NCBI GenBank assembly: GCA_963771175.1
Contig: CAVYSY010000035.1
Location: 35,482 to 99,481, forward strand
Direction: 5' to 3'
Source of the DNA: an uncultured delta proteobacterium
GTDB taxonomy: Bacteria > Myxococcota > Myxococcia > Myxococcales > Myxococcaceae
Length of the DNA: 64,000 bases
In this document: piece after piece, positions 9,545-20,537 of the stretch
Layout of the letters: every line of letters starts with the position of its first letter
Numbering within the stretch: position 1 is the first letter of the stretch
Notes under the pieces: model-generated
Seen by the model: only the letters and a program-made list of their open reading frames with translations
Databases searched by the model: none
What the model was told of the DNA's origin: nothing
Program-made: the position numbers and the translations under genes

Positions 9545-11779
9545 TCACTCGAGTCGCAGGAAGTCCACCCAGCCCGCATCACTGCCGGCCGTGCCACTGC
9601 TGCTCTTGCGGTAGATGAGCTGCACGGTGTGGCTCCCCGCGGCCAGCCACCAGGACTGGGCGGCCCACGTCGTCTCGCCGGAGATGCTGTTCTTCTTCAC
9701 GCCGTCGATCCACAGCTCCAGGTAGTCGGCGTACTGCTCCGAGCTCACCCGCCACATGAACCGGAGCGTCTTGGAGCCCTCCGCGGTGAACTCGAGCGTG
9801 CTCGTCTGGCCGTGGCCCACCTGTCCGCTCCGGGCCGAGTCGTTGCCCGTGTAGTAGTACTTGTCGTCGCCGTACCAGTACGCGCTGCCGCCGACGCGGA
9901 AGGACAGAGTGCTGTTGTCCAGGCCGTTGTTGAGGGTGATGCCACTGGCCGGGTTGTCCACCATCACGGTGACGCGCGACTCGGCGGAGTTACCCGCGGA
10001 GTCCCAGGTGCGAGCCACCAGCGTCTGGTAGCCGTTCTTCACCCACGGATCCGTGGCCCAGGAGATGGACCAGGGCGAGCTCGTCCGGGTGGCGATGAGG
10101 TAGTTGCCCGAGTCGCTGTAGAACTCCACCTTGGAGATGCCGCTCGTGTCGCTCGGGTTGGCGGAGAGGGTGACGTTGCCCTGGACGATGGAGCCGTCCG
10201 CCGGCGCGGAGAGGGAGATGGAGGGGGGCGTGGTGTCCGCGTTCTGCACGGCCACGGTGATGACCTTGCTGGCCACCAACGAGCCCGCCCGATACGCCTC
10301 GGCCTTCAGCTCGTAGCGGCCGTCCGCGACCCAGGGGCTGGTGGCCCAGGTGAGGTCGAAAGGCGCGCTGGAGTCCGTGGTGATGAGGTACCAGCTCGCC
10401 GTCGAGCCGGCCGCGCGGCTGTGGAGCTTGACCGTGTCGACGTCGTTGAGCGGATGCCCGCCCGCGGAGAGCTGGACCGGCACGTTGCCCGCCACCTGGG
10501 CCTCGTTTCGAGGGGCGGTGAAGTCCACCCAGTACGTCTGCGCGGTGGCGTTCTTCACCGTCACCGAGGTGAGGCTGGTGGCCACCACGCTGGTGCCCTG
10601 GTACGCCTCGACCTTCAAGTCATAGTCGCCGTCGTTCACCCAGGGGCTGGTGGCCCAGGTGATGCCGTAGGGCGACGTGGTGTCCGTGTTGAGGAGGTAC
10701 CACGCGTCCGAAGTGCCGGCGGTGCGGCTGTAGAAGCGCACTCCCTCCACGGTGGCGCCGCTCACACTGGCCTGCAGCGAGACGTTGCCCGAGACGGTGG
10801 CGCCGCTGGTGGGCGAGGAGAAGGACACCGAGGCCGCCGCGTTCTTCACCAGGACGCGGAGGGTTCCGGTGGCCTTGAGCACCGTGCCCTTCCACGCCTC
10901 CGCCTTGAGCTCGTACGCGCCATCGGCCACCCAGGGGTTGGTGGCCCAGGTGGCGCCGTAGGGGGACGTGGTGTCCGAGGCAAGCAGGTACCAGTCGGTC
11001 GCGCCGTCCGCTCGGCTGTAGAGCTTCACCGTGTCCACGGCGCCGCCGCCCACCGAGGCGTTGAAGGCCACGTTCCCGGACACGGTGGCACCGGGGGAGG
11101 GCGTATCGATGGAGACCCAGATGTCCTCCACCGCGCCCGTCACTGGCGAGTACTTGTAGAGGTTGTTGGTCGCCGAGTACGTGCTGCTCGGCGACAGGTA
11201 GTTGTTGAGGTAGGAGACCGTCTTGGTGACGTAGGACGCGTAGGGGTTGTAGCCGGCGGACTGGATGCCCTGGACCCAGCGGTTGACGGCCGTGGTGACG
11301 GCCACCCCATTGCGGACGTCCGAGACGTAGCGCTCGGTGACGGGCTTGTAGCGCGAGAGCGTGGCCAGCTTCATCGCGATGAACTGCACCGCGTCTCGCC
11401 GGTTGCTGAAGCTGACGTACTTGTTGTTGGGATCCCACGAGGGCTGGCACGTCAGCACGTAGGCGGGCCGCCCGCCGGCCGCCTCGGAACTGGTCCACTT
11501 CCACCCGTAGAGGTTGTTGGCGTAGAGCCCGATGCGGGTGAAGCCATAGCCGGACTCGTTGGCGGCCATGGCCAGCAGCGCGGCCGCGGGCGTGCCCCAA
11601 CGTGCCTCGGCCTCCTGGGCGGAGGCCTTGAGCTCCTCGATGAACGCCGTCTTCTCCGCCGACGTGGGATGGCCGGGCTGGGGCGCGTAGCAGTCCCACT
11701 GCGCTCGGGCCGTGCCGCTGCCCACGAGAACCACCAGCAGAACCAGTCCAACCACCCATTGAGAGACGTGACTGGCCAT
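9545..11779 (-). CDS. Secreted GH73 glucosaminidase-like hydrolase with four Ig-like repeats and a C-terminal beta-sandwich
   Basis: Signal peptide (ARA-Q), NESGYG catalytic Glu, NNLYGWK, GYNPYASY; four ~100-aa repeats containing WAT.PWV.DG.Y. Confidence 0.8.
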   Translation of the reverse strand: MASHVSQWVVGLVLLVVLVGSGTARAQWDCYAPQPGHPTSAEKTAFIEELKASAQEAEARWGTPAAALLAMAANESGYGFTRIGLYANNLYGWKWTSSEAAGGRPAYVLTCQPSWDPNNKYVSFSNRRDAVQFIAMKLATLSRYKPVTERYVSDVRNGVAVTTAVNRWVQGIQSAGYNPYASYVTKTVSYLNNYLSPSSTYSATNNLYKYSPVTGAVEDIWVSIDTPSPGATVSGNVAFNASVGGGAVDTVKLYSRADGATDWYLLASDTTSPYGATWATNPWVADGAYELKAEAWKGTVLKATGTLRVLVKNAAASVSFSSPTSGATVSGNVSLQASVSGATVEGVRFYSRTAGTSDAWYLLNTDTTSPYGITWATSPWVNDGDYDLKVEAYQGTSVVATSLTSVTVKNATAQTYWVDFTAPRNEAQVAGNVPVQLSAGGHPLNDVDTVKLHSRAAGSTASWYLITTDSSAPFDLTWATSPWVADGRYELKAEAYRAGSLVASKVITVAVQNADTTPPSISLSAPADGSIVQGNVTLSANPSDTSGISKVEFYSDSGNYLIATRTSSPWSISWATDPWVKNGYQTLVARTWDSAGNSAESRVTVMVDNPASGITLNNGLDNSTLSFRVGGSAYWYGDDKYYYTGNDSARSGQVGHGQTSTLEFTAEGSKTLRFMWRVSSEQYADYLELWIDGVKKNSISGETTWAAQSWWLAAGSHTVQLIYRKSSSGTAGSDAGWVDFLRLE

Positions 11780-11834
11780 TCGTTGCAGTGACATATCGAC
11801 CTCCGCGAGAGTCGTCAGACGCGGATTCTCAATA

Positions 11835-13877
11835 TCACGTAAAACGCGAGAAAGCCGAATCTGCGGAGCGGGCGAGCCGGCTCCGCGCCTCCTCGAGCGT
11901 CCCCGCGTCGAGCAGCACCGCCGCCTTCTCCTGCGCGGAGAGCGGCTCCGGTGGGCCCGCCAGCAGCTTGCGGCGCGCCGAGGCGAGCACGAGGGGCGCC
12001 ACGGCGGTGCCCGGCTGGGACTCCAACAGCGCCAGGTGCAGCGCGTGCGCCCGCGCGTCCGTCAGCACCCGCTCCAGTCCGTCCTCCACCGGCTCCAGCT
12101 CCCGCTCCGCCAGCTCGAGTGCCCGGGCCAGCACGGGCGGGGGCGCCGACTCCTCGGGGATGAGGAACAGTCCATGCCGTGCCGCCCACGTCCCCACTGA
12201 CGCTCGCGCGGTCCACACCGACAGCGGGATGGACAGCAGCAGCCCCGCCACCACCGGCGTCAGCCACAGCAGCAATCCCGGAGACAGGAAGAGCGCCACG
12301 GCCGCCAGCACCGCTCCCACCAGCGTGTGCACCGCATGGCGCCGCGCCGCCTCTGTCCACGGCAGGTCCTCGTCATCGCGCTGTTGGCTCGTCCAGGACA
12401 CCCGGTAGCCGAGCAGCGTCCCGAAGACGAAGTGCGACTGGAAGAGCATCATCACCGGCGCCTGCAGCATGGAGAGCACGCTCTCCGCCAGCACGCTCAG
12501 CACCAGCCGCGTCCGGCCTCCCATGTGCGCCGAGTCCTCCCTCCGCGTCAGCGCCAGCGCGAGCCCGAGGGCCTTGGGCAGCAGCAGCATGGACAGGGAC
12601 ACCGTCATCAGCCGCAGCGCGCCCTCCGTGTCGAAGGTGGGCCATGGCGAGGTGGGGTGCTCCATGAAGGACTCCGGCCCCATGAAGCGGTCGTGCAGCG
12701 CCGCCACCAGTCCCATGACCAGGAAGAGCAGCCAGAGCGGCGAGGCCACGTAGGACATCACTCCCATGAGGAAGTGCGCCCGGCTCGACGGATGCAGCCC
12801 GCCGGCCAGCACCAGCCGCAGGTGCTGGAGGTTGCCCTGGCACCAGCGCCGGTCCCGCTGCGCGTAGGCCAGCAGGTGGGGCGGGGGCTGCTCGTAGCTG
12901 CCGCCCAATTCCGGCACCAGCCACACCGTGTACCCCGAGCGCCGCATCAGCGCCGCCTCCACGAAGTCGTGGCTGAGGATGTGGCCGCCGAAGGGTTGCT
13001 GCCCCGGCAGCACCGGCAGTCCGCAGTGCTCGGTGAAGGCCTCCACGCGCAGGATGGCGTTGTGTCCCCAGTAGTTGGACTCGCCGAGCTGCCAGGCCGC
13101 CGCGCCCGTGGCCACCACCGGCCCGTACACCCGGCCGGCGAACTGCTGCAGGCGCGCGAAGAGCGTGGCGCGTCCCACGCACTGTGGCGGGGACTGGAGG
13201 ATGCCCACTCGCGGGTTCAGCTCCATCAGCCGCGCCATCCGCACCAGCGTGTCGCCCGACATGAGGCTGTCGGCATCCAGCACCACCATGAAGTGGTAGC
13301 CGCGCCCCCAGCGCTCACAGAAGTCGGCCAGGTTGCCCGCCTTCTTGCCCGTGTTGTCCGAGCGACGCCGGTAGAAGATGCGCCCCTGTCCGCCCACGCG
13401 CCGGCACAGGTCCTCCCACGCCAGCTCCTCGGCCACCCACGCCTCCACCCGCGTGGAGTCGCTCAGCACGTAGAAGTCGAAGGCGTCCAGACGCCCCGTG
13501 GCCGCCAACGACTCGTAGGTGGCCTGCACGTTCGCGAAGACCGAGGCCGGGTCCTCGTTGTGGATGGGCATCACCACGGCGATGCGGCTCGTCAGCGGGG
13601 CCGCCGCCTCCGCCGCGTCCGGCCACCGCAGGCCCGGTAGCCGCCCGCCGAGCGCGAGCTGGAGGAAGCCCGCCACCGCCGTCCAGAAGGACAGGGCAAT
13701 CCAGGCGAAGCACAGGGCGAAGAGGCCCATCAGCACCAGCTCGGGCGCGGTGGTGCCCTGGACACTCAACAGCCGGTGCATCTCCCACGTGCCGAGCACG
13801 GTGCAGAGGGCGGCCGGACCGAGGACACACCACCGCCGACGCCCGGCGGTCTCGGGCGAGAAGGAATGCGCGTGCAT
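11835..13877 (-). CDS. opgH: Periplasmic glucan biosynthesis glucosyltransferase H
   Basis: MPIHNEDP, YRRR..NTGKKAGN, VLDADSLM, NYWGHNAI, LSHDFVEA, RDRRWCQGNLQH. Confidence 0.95.
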   Translation of the reverse strand: MHAHSFSPETAGRRRWCVLGPAALCTVLGTWEMHRLLSVQGTTAPELVLMGLFALCFAWIALSFWTAVAGFLQLALGGRLPGLRWPDAAEAAAPLTSRIAVVMPIHNEDPASVFANVQATYESLAATGRLDAFDFYVLSDSTRVEAWVAEELAWEDLCRRVGGQGRIFYRRRSDNTGKKAGNLADFCERWGRGYHFMVVLDADSLMSGDTLVRMARLMELNPRVGILQSPPQCVGRATLFARLQQFAGRVYGPVVATGAAAWQLGESNYWGHNAILRVEAFTEHCGLPVLPGQQPFGGHILSHDFVEAALMRRSGYTVWLVPELGGSYEQPPPHLLAYAQRDRRWCQGNLQHLRLVLAGGLHPSSRAHFLMGVMSYVASPLWLLFLVMGLVAALHDRFMGPESFMEHPTSPWPTFDTEGALRLMTVSLSMLLLPKALGLALALTRREDSAHMGGRTRLVLSVLAESVLSMLQAPVMMLFQSHFVFGTLLGYRVSWTSQQRDDEDLPWTEAARRHAVHTLVGAVLAAVALFLSPGLLLWLTPVVAGLLLSIPLSVWTARASVGTWAARHGLFLIPEESAPPPVLARALELAERELEPVEDGLERVLTDARAHALHLALLESQPGTAVAPLVLASARRKLLAGPPEPLSAQEKAAVLLDAGTLEEARSRLARSADSAFSRFT

Positions 13878-13891
13878 GGGGGCTCCGTGCC

Positions 13892-14395
13892 TCAGCTCGA
13901 GATGGACACGTCTGGCTGGCCCGACCTCCACCAGCGACGGAAGAGCTCGCCCAGCGGCGACAGCACCAGTTGCTGCTCGGGCATCGTCGTGGGATTCGCC
14001 ATCGGCACGGGGACGGGCACCGAGGCGCGCAGGGCCCGCGTGAAGTCCGCCGACAGTGCGCCCGGCCCGGCCGTGAGGACCACCGCGCCCCACCGCGCCC
14101 CCTCGCACAACACGAAGGCCGCGCGACCCCGGGCCAGCAGCGAGCCACCACCCGTGTGCGCCGGGCCGAGCGCCTCGGCCAGCCAGTCCTCCATCCGCGC
14201 TCGGGCGAGGGCCACGGCTTCCCGCGACTCGGCGCAGCGCCCGCCGAGCACCCACTCCGCCAACCGGGAGAGCTCTCCGTCCGTGGTGAAGCCGAAGGAC
14301 CGGAAGAAGGTGTCGAGCGCCGCGCGAGTCTCCTCGGTAACCGTGGGGACGGGCGGGAGGGCAGGGGAGGAGAGCGGCATCTTCACGGCATCCAC
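13892..14395 (-). CDS. Hypothetical protein between opgG and opgH
   Basis: ORF fills the gap, overlaps the opgG stop and ends 14 nt before opgH; start GTG 14395 or ATG 14380. Confidence 0.65.
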   Translation of the reverse strand: MDAVKMPLSSPALPPVPTVTEETRAALDTFFRSFGFTTDGELSRLAEWVLGGRCAESREAVALARARMEDWLAEALGPAHTGGGSLLARGRAAFVLCEGARWGAVVLTAGPGALSADFTRALRASVPVPVPMANPTTMPEQQLVLSPLGELFRRWWRSGQPDVSISS

Positions 14396-15888
14396 AGGTA
14401 ACTCCATGTCTCGGTGAGGGATTCGGAACCGCGGCGGAGGAAGCAGCGCAGCTCGGCGGGGGTGCCCGCGTGCGGCACCAGCTCGAAGGTGACCCGCCAG
14501 CCGCCGGTGACGTCGTTGCGCTGCGCGATGGGGTGGAGCACCTGGCCCGTCGAAGTGGTGACGACCGCCTCCACCGGGCCCTCGCCCTCCGAGCCTCCGC
14601 GCGAGAACTCGAGGACGAAGCGCCGGGCCTCCGCCGTGCTGCCCGCGGCGACGCGCGTGGCGGTGGTGACGGCCACGGTGGGGCGCTCGGGTGGCTCGTG
14701 GCCCCAGTGCAGTCTCCAGGCGAGGCGCAGCTCGGTGCCGGGACGGAAGGGCGTCGCGGGCTCCCAGAAGGCCACGATGTTGTCGTGCACCTCCTGCGGG
14801 GTGGGAATCTCCACCAACCGCACCGTGCCCCGGCCCCAGTCGCCCACCGGCTCCACCCAGACGCCGGGGCGCCGGTCGTAGCGTGCCTCCAGGTCCTCGT
14901 AGCTGGAGAAGGCCTGATCCCGCTGCAGCAGGCCGAAGGTGCGCAGGCCCTCCACCTGGAAGCTGGAGACGCTCAGACGGGTGGGGTTCCGCAGCGGGCG
15001 CCACAGTTGCTCGCCGCTCTTCATCCACAGGAAGAGGCCGTCCGAGTCATGCACCTCGGGCCGGAAGTCGTCGTAGGTGCCCCGGTCGTTCTCCCCGAAG
15101 AGGTACATGCTGGTGAGCGGCGCCACCCCCAGCCGCTTCACCGCCTTGCGCGCGTACAGCGTCGCCTCCACCTCCACCACCGTGCGCTCCCCGGGGATGA
15201 TGACGAAGCGGTACGCGCCCGCGACGCTCGGGCTGTCCAGCAGCGCATGCACCACGACGCGCTCCGCGCCGGGCGCCGGCCTCTCCAGCCAGAACTCCCG
15301 GAACGAGGGGAACTCCTCTCCCTCGGGGAGCGCCGTGTCGATGGCCAGCCCGCGCGCGGACAGCCCGTACACGTTGCGGCGGCCCAGGGCGCGGAAGTAG
15401 CTGGCCCCCAGGAAGGACACCACCTCGTCGAAGTGGTCCGGCCGGTTGAGCGGGTGGGTGAGCCGGAAGCCCGCGAAACCATCCACCCGCGAGGGCGGCG
15501 GCGCCTTCACGAGGGAGCCGTACTCGAAGAGGTCCGGCGAGAAGCGCACCGTCTCCACCCGTCCGCCGGCCACCTCGTGCACGGTGATGGGCGAGGTGTA
15601 GAGGAAGCCCGGATGGAAGAACTGCACCTGGAAGGGCAGGCCGGCGTCGCGCCACCACGCCCGCTCCCGGCGGTAGCGGATGTCCCGGTACTGGTCGTAC
15701 GAGAGCTGCGCGAAGGCGGGGGGCAGTGTCGCCGTCGGGGCCTGGTAGCGGCGGACCGCCAGCTCGCGAGCCCGCTCCCTTACGAGGTCGGCCGTGGTCT
15801 TCGGCGCGGCTCCCGCGACCATCGCCCACAACACCCCGAGGGCGCACACCCAGTGCGCCCTCCGCACAGCCAGATTCCTCGACTCCAC
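14383..15888 (-). CDS. opgG: Periplasmic glucan biosynthesis protein G
   Basis: YDQYRDIR, FLGASYFRALG, YGLSARGLAIDT, EEFPSFREFW, APLTSMY, RPEVHDSDGL, DNIVAFW, ETWSY. Confidence 0.95.
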   Translation of the reverse strand: MESRNLAVRRAHWVCALGVLWAMVAGAAPKTTADLVRERARELAVRRYQAPTATLPPAFAQLSYDQYRDIRYRRERAWWRDAGLPFQVQFFHPGFLYTSPITVHEVAGGRVETVRFSPDLFEYGSLVKAPPPSRVDGFAGFRLTHPLNRPDHFDEVVSFLGASYFRALGRRNVYGLSARGLAIDTALPEGEEFPSFREFWLERPAPGAERVVVHALLDSPSVAGAYRFVIIPGERTVVEVEATLYARKAVKRLGVAPLTSMYLFGENDRGTYDDFRPEVHDSDGLFLWMKSGEQLWRPLRNPTRLSVSSFQVEGLRTFGLLQRDQAFSSYEDLEARYDRRPGVWVEPVGDWGRGTVRLVEIPTPQEVHDNIVAFWEPATPFRPGTELRLAWRLHWGHEPPERPTVAVTTATRVAAGSTAEARRFVLEFSRGGSEGEGPVEAVVTTSTGQVLHPIAQRNDVTGGWRVTFELVPHAGTPAELRCFLRRGSESLTETWSYLWMP

Positions 15889-15971
15889 GCGCGTGTCCCT
15901 CCCGGAGAGAGCTGCCCGGTACCTCGAACGCTCCCGGCTCTCCGGACCACGCCCGAACTCGCTCCGGCCCT

Positions 15972-15987
15972 AGCAGCCCGCGTGCCA
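15972..15987 (-). promoter_or_regulatory. Sigma54 (-24/-12) promoter of opgG operon
   Basis: TGGCACGCGGGCTGCT, GG-N10-GC, about 85 nt upstream of opgG. Confidence 0.65.
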
Positions 15988-16152
15988 CTCGAGCCGGGTG
16001 CTCCGGGGAGGTGCGCGAACGTGAAGGTGTGGAGCAGAGGGACAGTGGAGGCGGCGGCGTTGTCCCTCTTCTCCACAGGCGGCTCGCGGGGAGCCGGGGA
16101 GGGCGCCCGCGAAGCAAGGACCCCGAGTGCAGGTGCAATGCGAATGCGAGTC

Positions 16153-17945
16153 TCAGCCCGCGTGCTTCGCCGGCTCGACGGAGGGTGGGGGCTCGCGGAA
16201 CTGCCGCTGATACAGCTCCGCGTACAGGCCGTTGCGAGCCATCAACTCCTCGTGCGTGCCGCGCTCCGTGATGCGCCCGGCGTCGATGACGAGGATGAGG
16301 TCCGCGTTCCGGATGGTGCTGAGCCGGTGCGCGATGACCACGCTGGTCCGGCCCGCGAGCAGGGTGGTGAGCGCGCGTTGGATGAGGGCCTCGGTCCGCG
16401 TGTCGATGTTCGCCGTCGCCTCGTCGAGGATGAGCACGCGCGGCTCGGCGATGACCGCCCGGGCGAACGCGAGGAGTTGCCGCTGCCCCTGGCTCAGCGT
16501 GGCGCCGCTCTCGCCGAGCACCGAGTCGTAGCCCTTCGGCAGCGCGGCGATGAAGTCATGCGCATGGACCGCGCGCGCGGCCTGCTCGAGCTCCTCTCGA
16601 CTCGCGCCCGGCCGGCCGTAGCCGATGTTCTCCGCGATGGTGCCGGAGAACAGGAACGGCTCCTGGAGGACCGTCGCCATCTGCCGCCGCAGGCTCGCCC
16701 GCGTCACGCGCTTCACGTCCTCGCCATCGAGTCGCACCACCCCGGCCGTCGCGTCGTAGAAGCGGGGAATGAGGTTGGCCACGGTGGTCTTCCCCGCGCC
16801 CGTGCGGCCCACCAGCGCCACCGTCTGGCCGGGCGCGATCTCGAAGCTCAGGTCATGGAGCACCGGGTGCGAGGCGTCATAGGCGAATGACACCTTCTCG
16901 AACGTGATGCGCCCCTCGGCCCTCCCAGGGAGCGCGCCTCCGGGGCGTCGGCGGGCTCGCGTGCCTCGTCGAGGATGGAATAGATGCGCTCCGCGCCAGC
17001 GAGCGCCGACTGCATCAGCGTGTACACCGAGGCCGCGAGCTGCACGGGCCGGAAGAACTGCTGCGTGTAGATGAGGAACGCCGCCAGCAGGCCCACGCTC
17101 AGTTGCTCCTGGAGCACCAGGTGGCCGCCGTAGCCGATGACGAGCGCCGTGGCGAGTGTGGCGAGCACGTCGATGGCCGGGGAGAACGCGGAGGTGATGC
17201 CCACCGCGGCCACGTTGGCGTCGCGGTTGGCGGCGTTGCGATCCCGGAAGCGCCGGATGTTCTCGTCGGTGCGGTTGAAGGCCTGGGCCTGCCGCACGCC
17301 GACGATCTCCTCCTGCAGCTCCGCCGTCACATTGCCCACCGTCTGCCGCGTCTTGCGGTAGGCGTTTCGAGCGCGGGCGGCGAAGAACCCGGTGGTGAGC
17401 AGCATCACCGGAATGATGGTGAAGCACGCCAGCGCGAGGCGGACGTTGAGCGCGAGCATCGCCACCAGCACGCCCACCAGCCCCAGCATCGACCCCAGGA
17501 GTTGCGTCATCCCATGAGCGAAGAACTGGTTGAGCGTGTCGACGTCGCTGAGCAGGCGGCTCATCAGATCGCCGATCGGCCGCTTGTCGAAGTACGAGAG
17601 TGGCAGGGCCTGGAGCTGCTCGAAGAGCCGGGTGCGGATCGACGCGAGCACCTTCTGGCCGGACGCGCCCACGCGCCGCGTCTGCTCCCGCCCGGCCACC
17701 GCGCCCGCGCCGTAGACGACGAGCAGCAGCAGCATGGTGCGCAGCAGACCCGTCGGGTCTTCTCCTCCGATGTCGTGGTCGATGGCCCGGCTCACCAGAT
17801 ATGGCCCCGCGGCCTGCGCCAGCGCGCTGACGAGGATGAACACCCCGGCCATGAGCAGCGTGGCGCGGTGGGGCCACAGCTCGGCCAGCAGCCGGCGTGC
17901 CACCGCGCCACGACGGGCGGCGCGCTGCACCTCCAGCTCCGCCAT
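16153..17945 (-). CDS. ABC exporter, fused TMD-NBD subunit 2 (frameshift near 16925)
   Basis: TMD in ORF 16848-17972; NBD with GRTGAGKT, LSQGQRQ, ILDEATANID, IAHRLST. Confidence 0.88.
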
Positions 17946-17968
17946 CGCCTCGATTCCTCCGTGCCTCC

Positions 17969-19754
17969 TCACGCTGCCTCCTCCGTTCCGGGCTGCAACT
18001 GCGAGCCGAGGATCTCGTTGTAGAGCGGGCTCGAGGCGAGGAGCTGCTCATGGTTGCCCTGCGCCACCACCTTTCCCTCGTCGAGCACGAGGATGAGGTC
18101 CGCGTCCCTCACCGTGCTGATCCGCTGGGCGATGACGAGAGCGGTGCGGTGCGCGCCGCGCATCAGCCGATCGAGCGCGTCCTGGATGGCGGACTCGGTC
18201 TCGGCGTCCACCGCCGAGGTGCTGTCGTCGAGGATGAGCAGGCGTGGAGCCGTGAGCAGCGCCCGGGCGATGGCCATGCGCTGGCGCTGGCCACCCGACA
18301 GCCCGACGCCGCGCTCGCCGACCACCGTGTCGTAGCCCTGGGGCAGCCCGGCGATGAACTCGTCCGCCTGGGCCGCCTCGGCCGCCGCCTCGACCTGCTC
18401 CAGCGTCGCCTCCGGGCGGCCGTAGGCGATGTTCTCTCGCATCGTCCCGGAGAAGAGCAGGGCGTCCTGCAGCACCATGCCGATCTGCGAGCGAAGGCTC
18501 TAGAGCGTCACGTCGCGCACGTCGTGCCCGTCCAGGAGCACCGCGCCACCGGTCACGTCGTAGAAGCGGGGGATGAGGTTGATGATCGTGCTCTTGCCGG
18601 AGCCGGTCGTGCCGAGGATGGCCACGATCTGTCCCGGCTCGGCCACGAAGCTGACCCCGCGGAGGATCTCCCTGTCGCTGCCCGCGTAGCGGAAGCGCAC
18701 GTCGCGAAGCTCGACCCGTCCCTGGACGGGCGGCAGCACCTGGGCGCCGGGCTTGTCGGCCACCTCCGCCTCGGCGTCGAGCACCTCGAAGACGCGCAGC
18801 GCGGACGCTCCGGCGCGGGAGATCTTCGCCGCGATGAAGCCCAGCGTCATGAGCGGCATGAGCAGGAAGCCCAGGTAGGTGTTGAAGGCGACCAGCTCGC
18901 CGAGGGTCAACTCGTGGCGGACGATGAGCAGTCCGCCGAACCCCACCACCACGAGCGTGCCGAGGTTGGCGAAGAAGTTCACGAACGGGAAGTTGGTGGA
19001 GATGGCGTCGATGATCTGGAGGTTCTGCTCCAGCAGCTCGTCGTTGATCTTCGTAGCGCGGCGGCCTCGCGTGCCTCGCCGGCGAACGCGTTCACCACGC
19101 GGATTCCGCGCAGATTCTCCTGGAGGACTGCGTTGAGGCGGCCGAGCTAGCCCTGCACCCCGCCGAACAGCGGGCCGATCTTGCGGACGAAGAGCCGGAG
19201 CAACCCGAGGATGGGGACGATGGATGCCAGCGCCGCCAGGGCGAGCACCGGTTCATGCTGAAGAGCAGGGCCGCGCAGCCCACCAGCATCACGAAGGAGG
19301 CCGCGAGCTGGACCACGCCGGAGCCGACGAAGGTGCGCACCTGCTCGACGTCGTTGGTGAGCCGGGTCATGAGCTGGCCGGTCTGCGCCTGGTCGTGGTA
19401 GCTGAAGCTCAGCCGCTGGATGCGCGCGAAGAGCGCGTCGCGCAGGTCGAAGGCGACGCCCTGGGAGACGCGCTCGGCCAGGTAGCCCTGGAGGAAGTTG
19501 AAGAGCCCGCGTCCCAGCGCGATGGCCACCAGTCCGCCCACGGCCGCGAGCACCGTGGCGTTGCTGCCCCGGGCGATGCCGCCGTCGATGGCCAGCCGCA
19601 CCATCTGGGGCGCGGCGAGGTTGGCGGCCGATACCAGCAGGAGGGACACCAGCGCGCCCGCCGTCTCCAGCTTGTAGCGTCGCAGATATCCGAGCGCCCG
19701 CCGGACCGCCTTCCCACCGCCCGCCGGAGCCTCTGGTCTTCGTCCTGGTCCCAT
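17969..19754 (-). CDS. ABC exporter, fused TMD-NBD subunit 1 (indels near 19255, 19150, 19055, 18500)
   Basis: TMD pieces plus GTTGSGKS, LSGGQRQR, degenerate ILDDSTSAVD and IAQR, typical of the non-consensus subunit of heterodimeric exporters. Confidence 0.85.
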
Positions 19755-19867
19755 TCCCGGACAGACCTATCCAAGCGCGCCCCAATCCGCAACGTCCGGA
19801 CGGAGCTCGCGTTCCAGGCCCTCCGGGGCGAAGCACTCAGCCTGGGAGGGCGCGAAGAAGTCCCGGG

Positions 19868-20523
<656 letters not shown>

Positions 20524-20537
<14 letters not shown>

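Noticed and set aside
9455..11791. Long antisense ORFs (e.g. 9455-11791, 14470-16890, 29118-31955, 34070-36850, 52887-54959)
   Set aside because: Shadow ORFs opposite real genes in high-GC DNA; Arg/Gly/His-rich with no motifs
16153..19754. ABC exporter as the PKS product exporter
   Set aside because: It is co-oriented with the CotH operon; no evidence links it to the PKS
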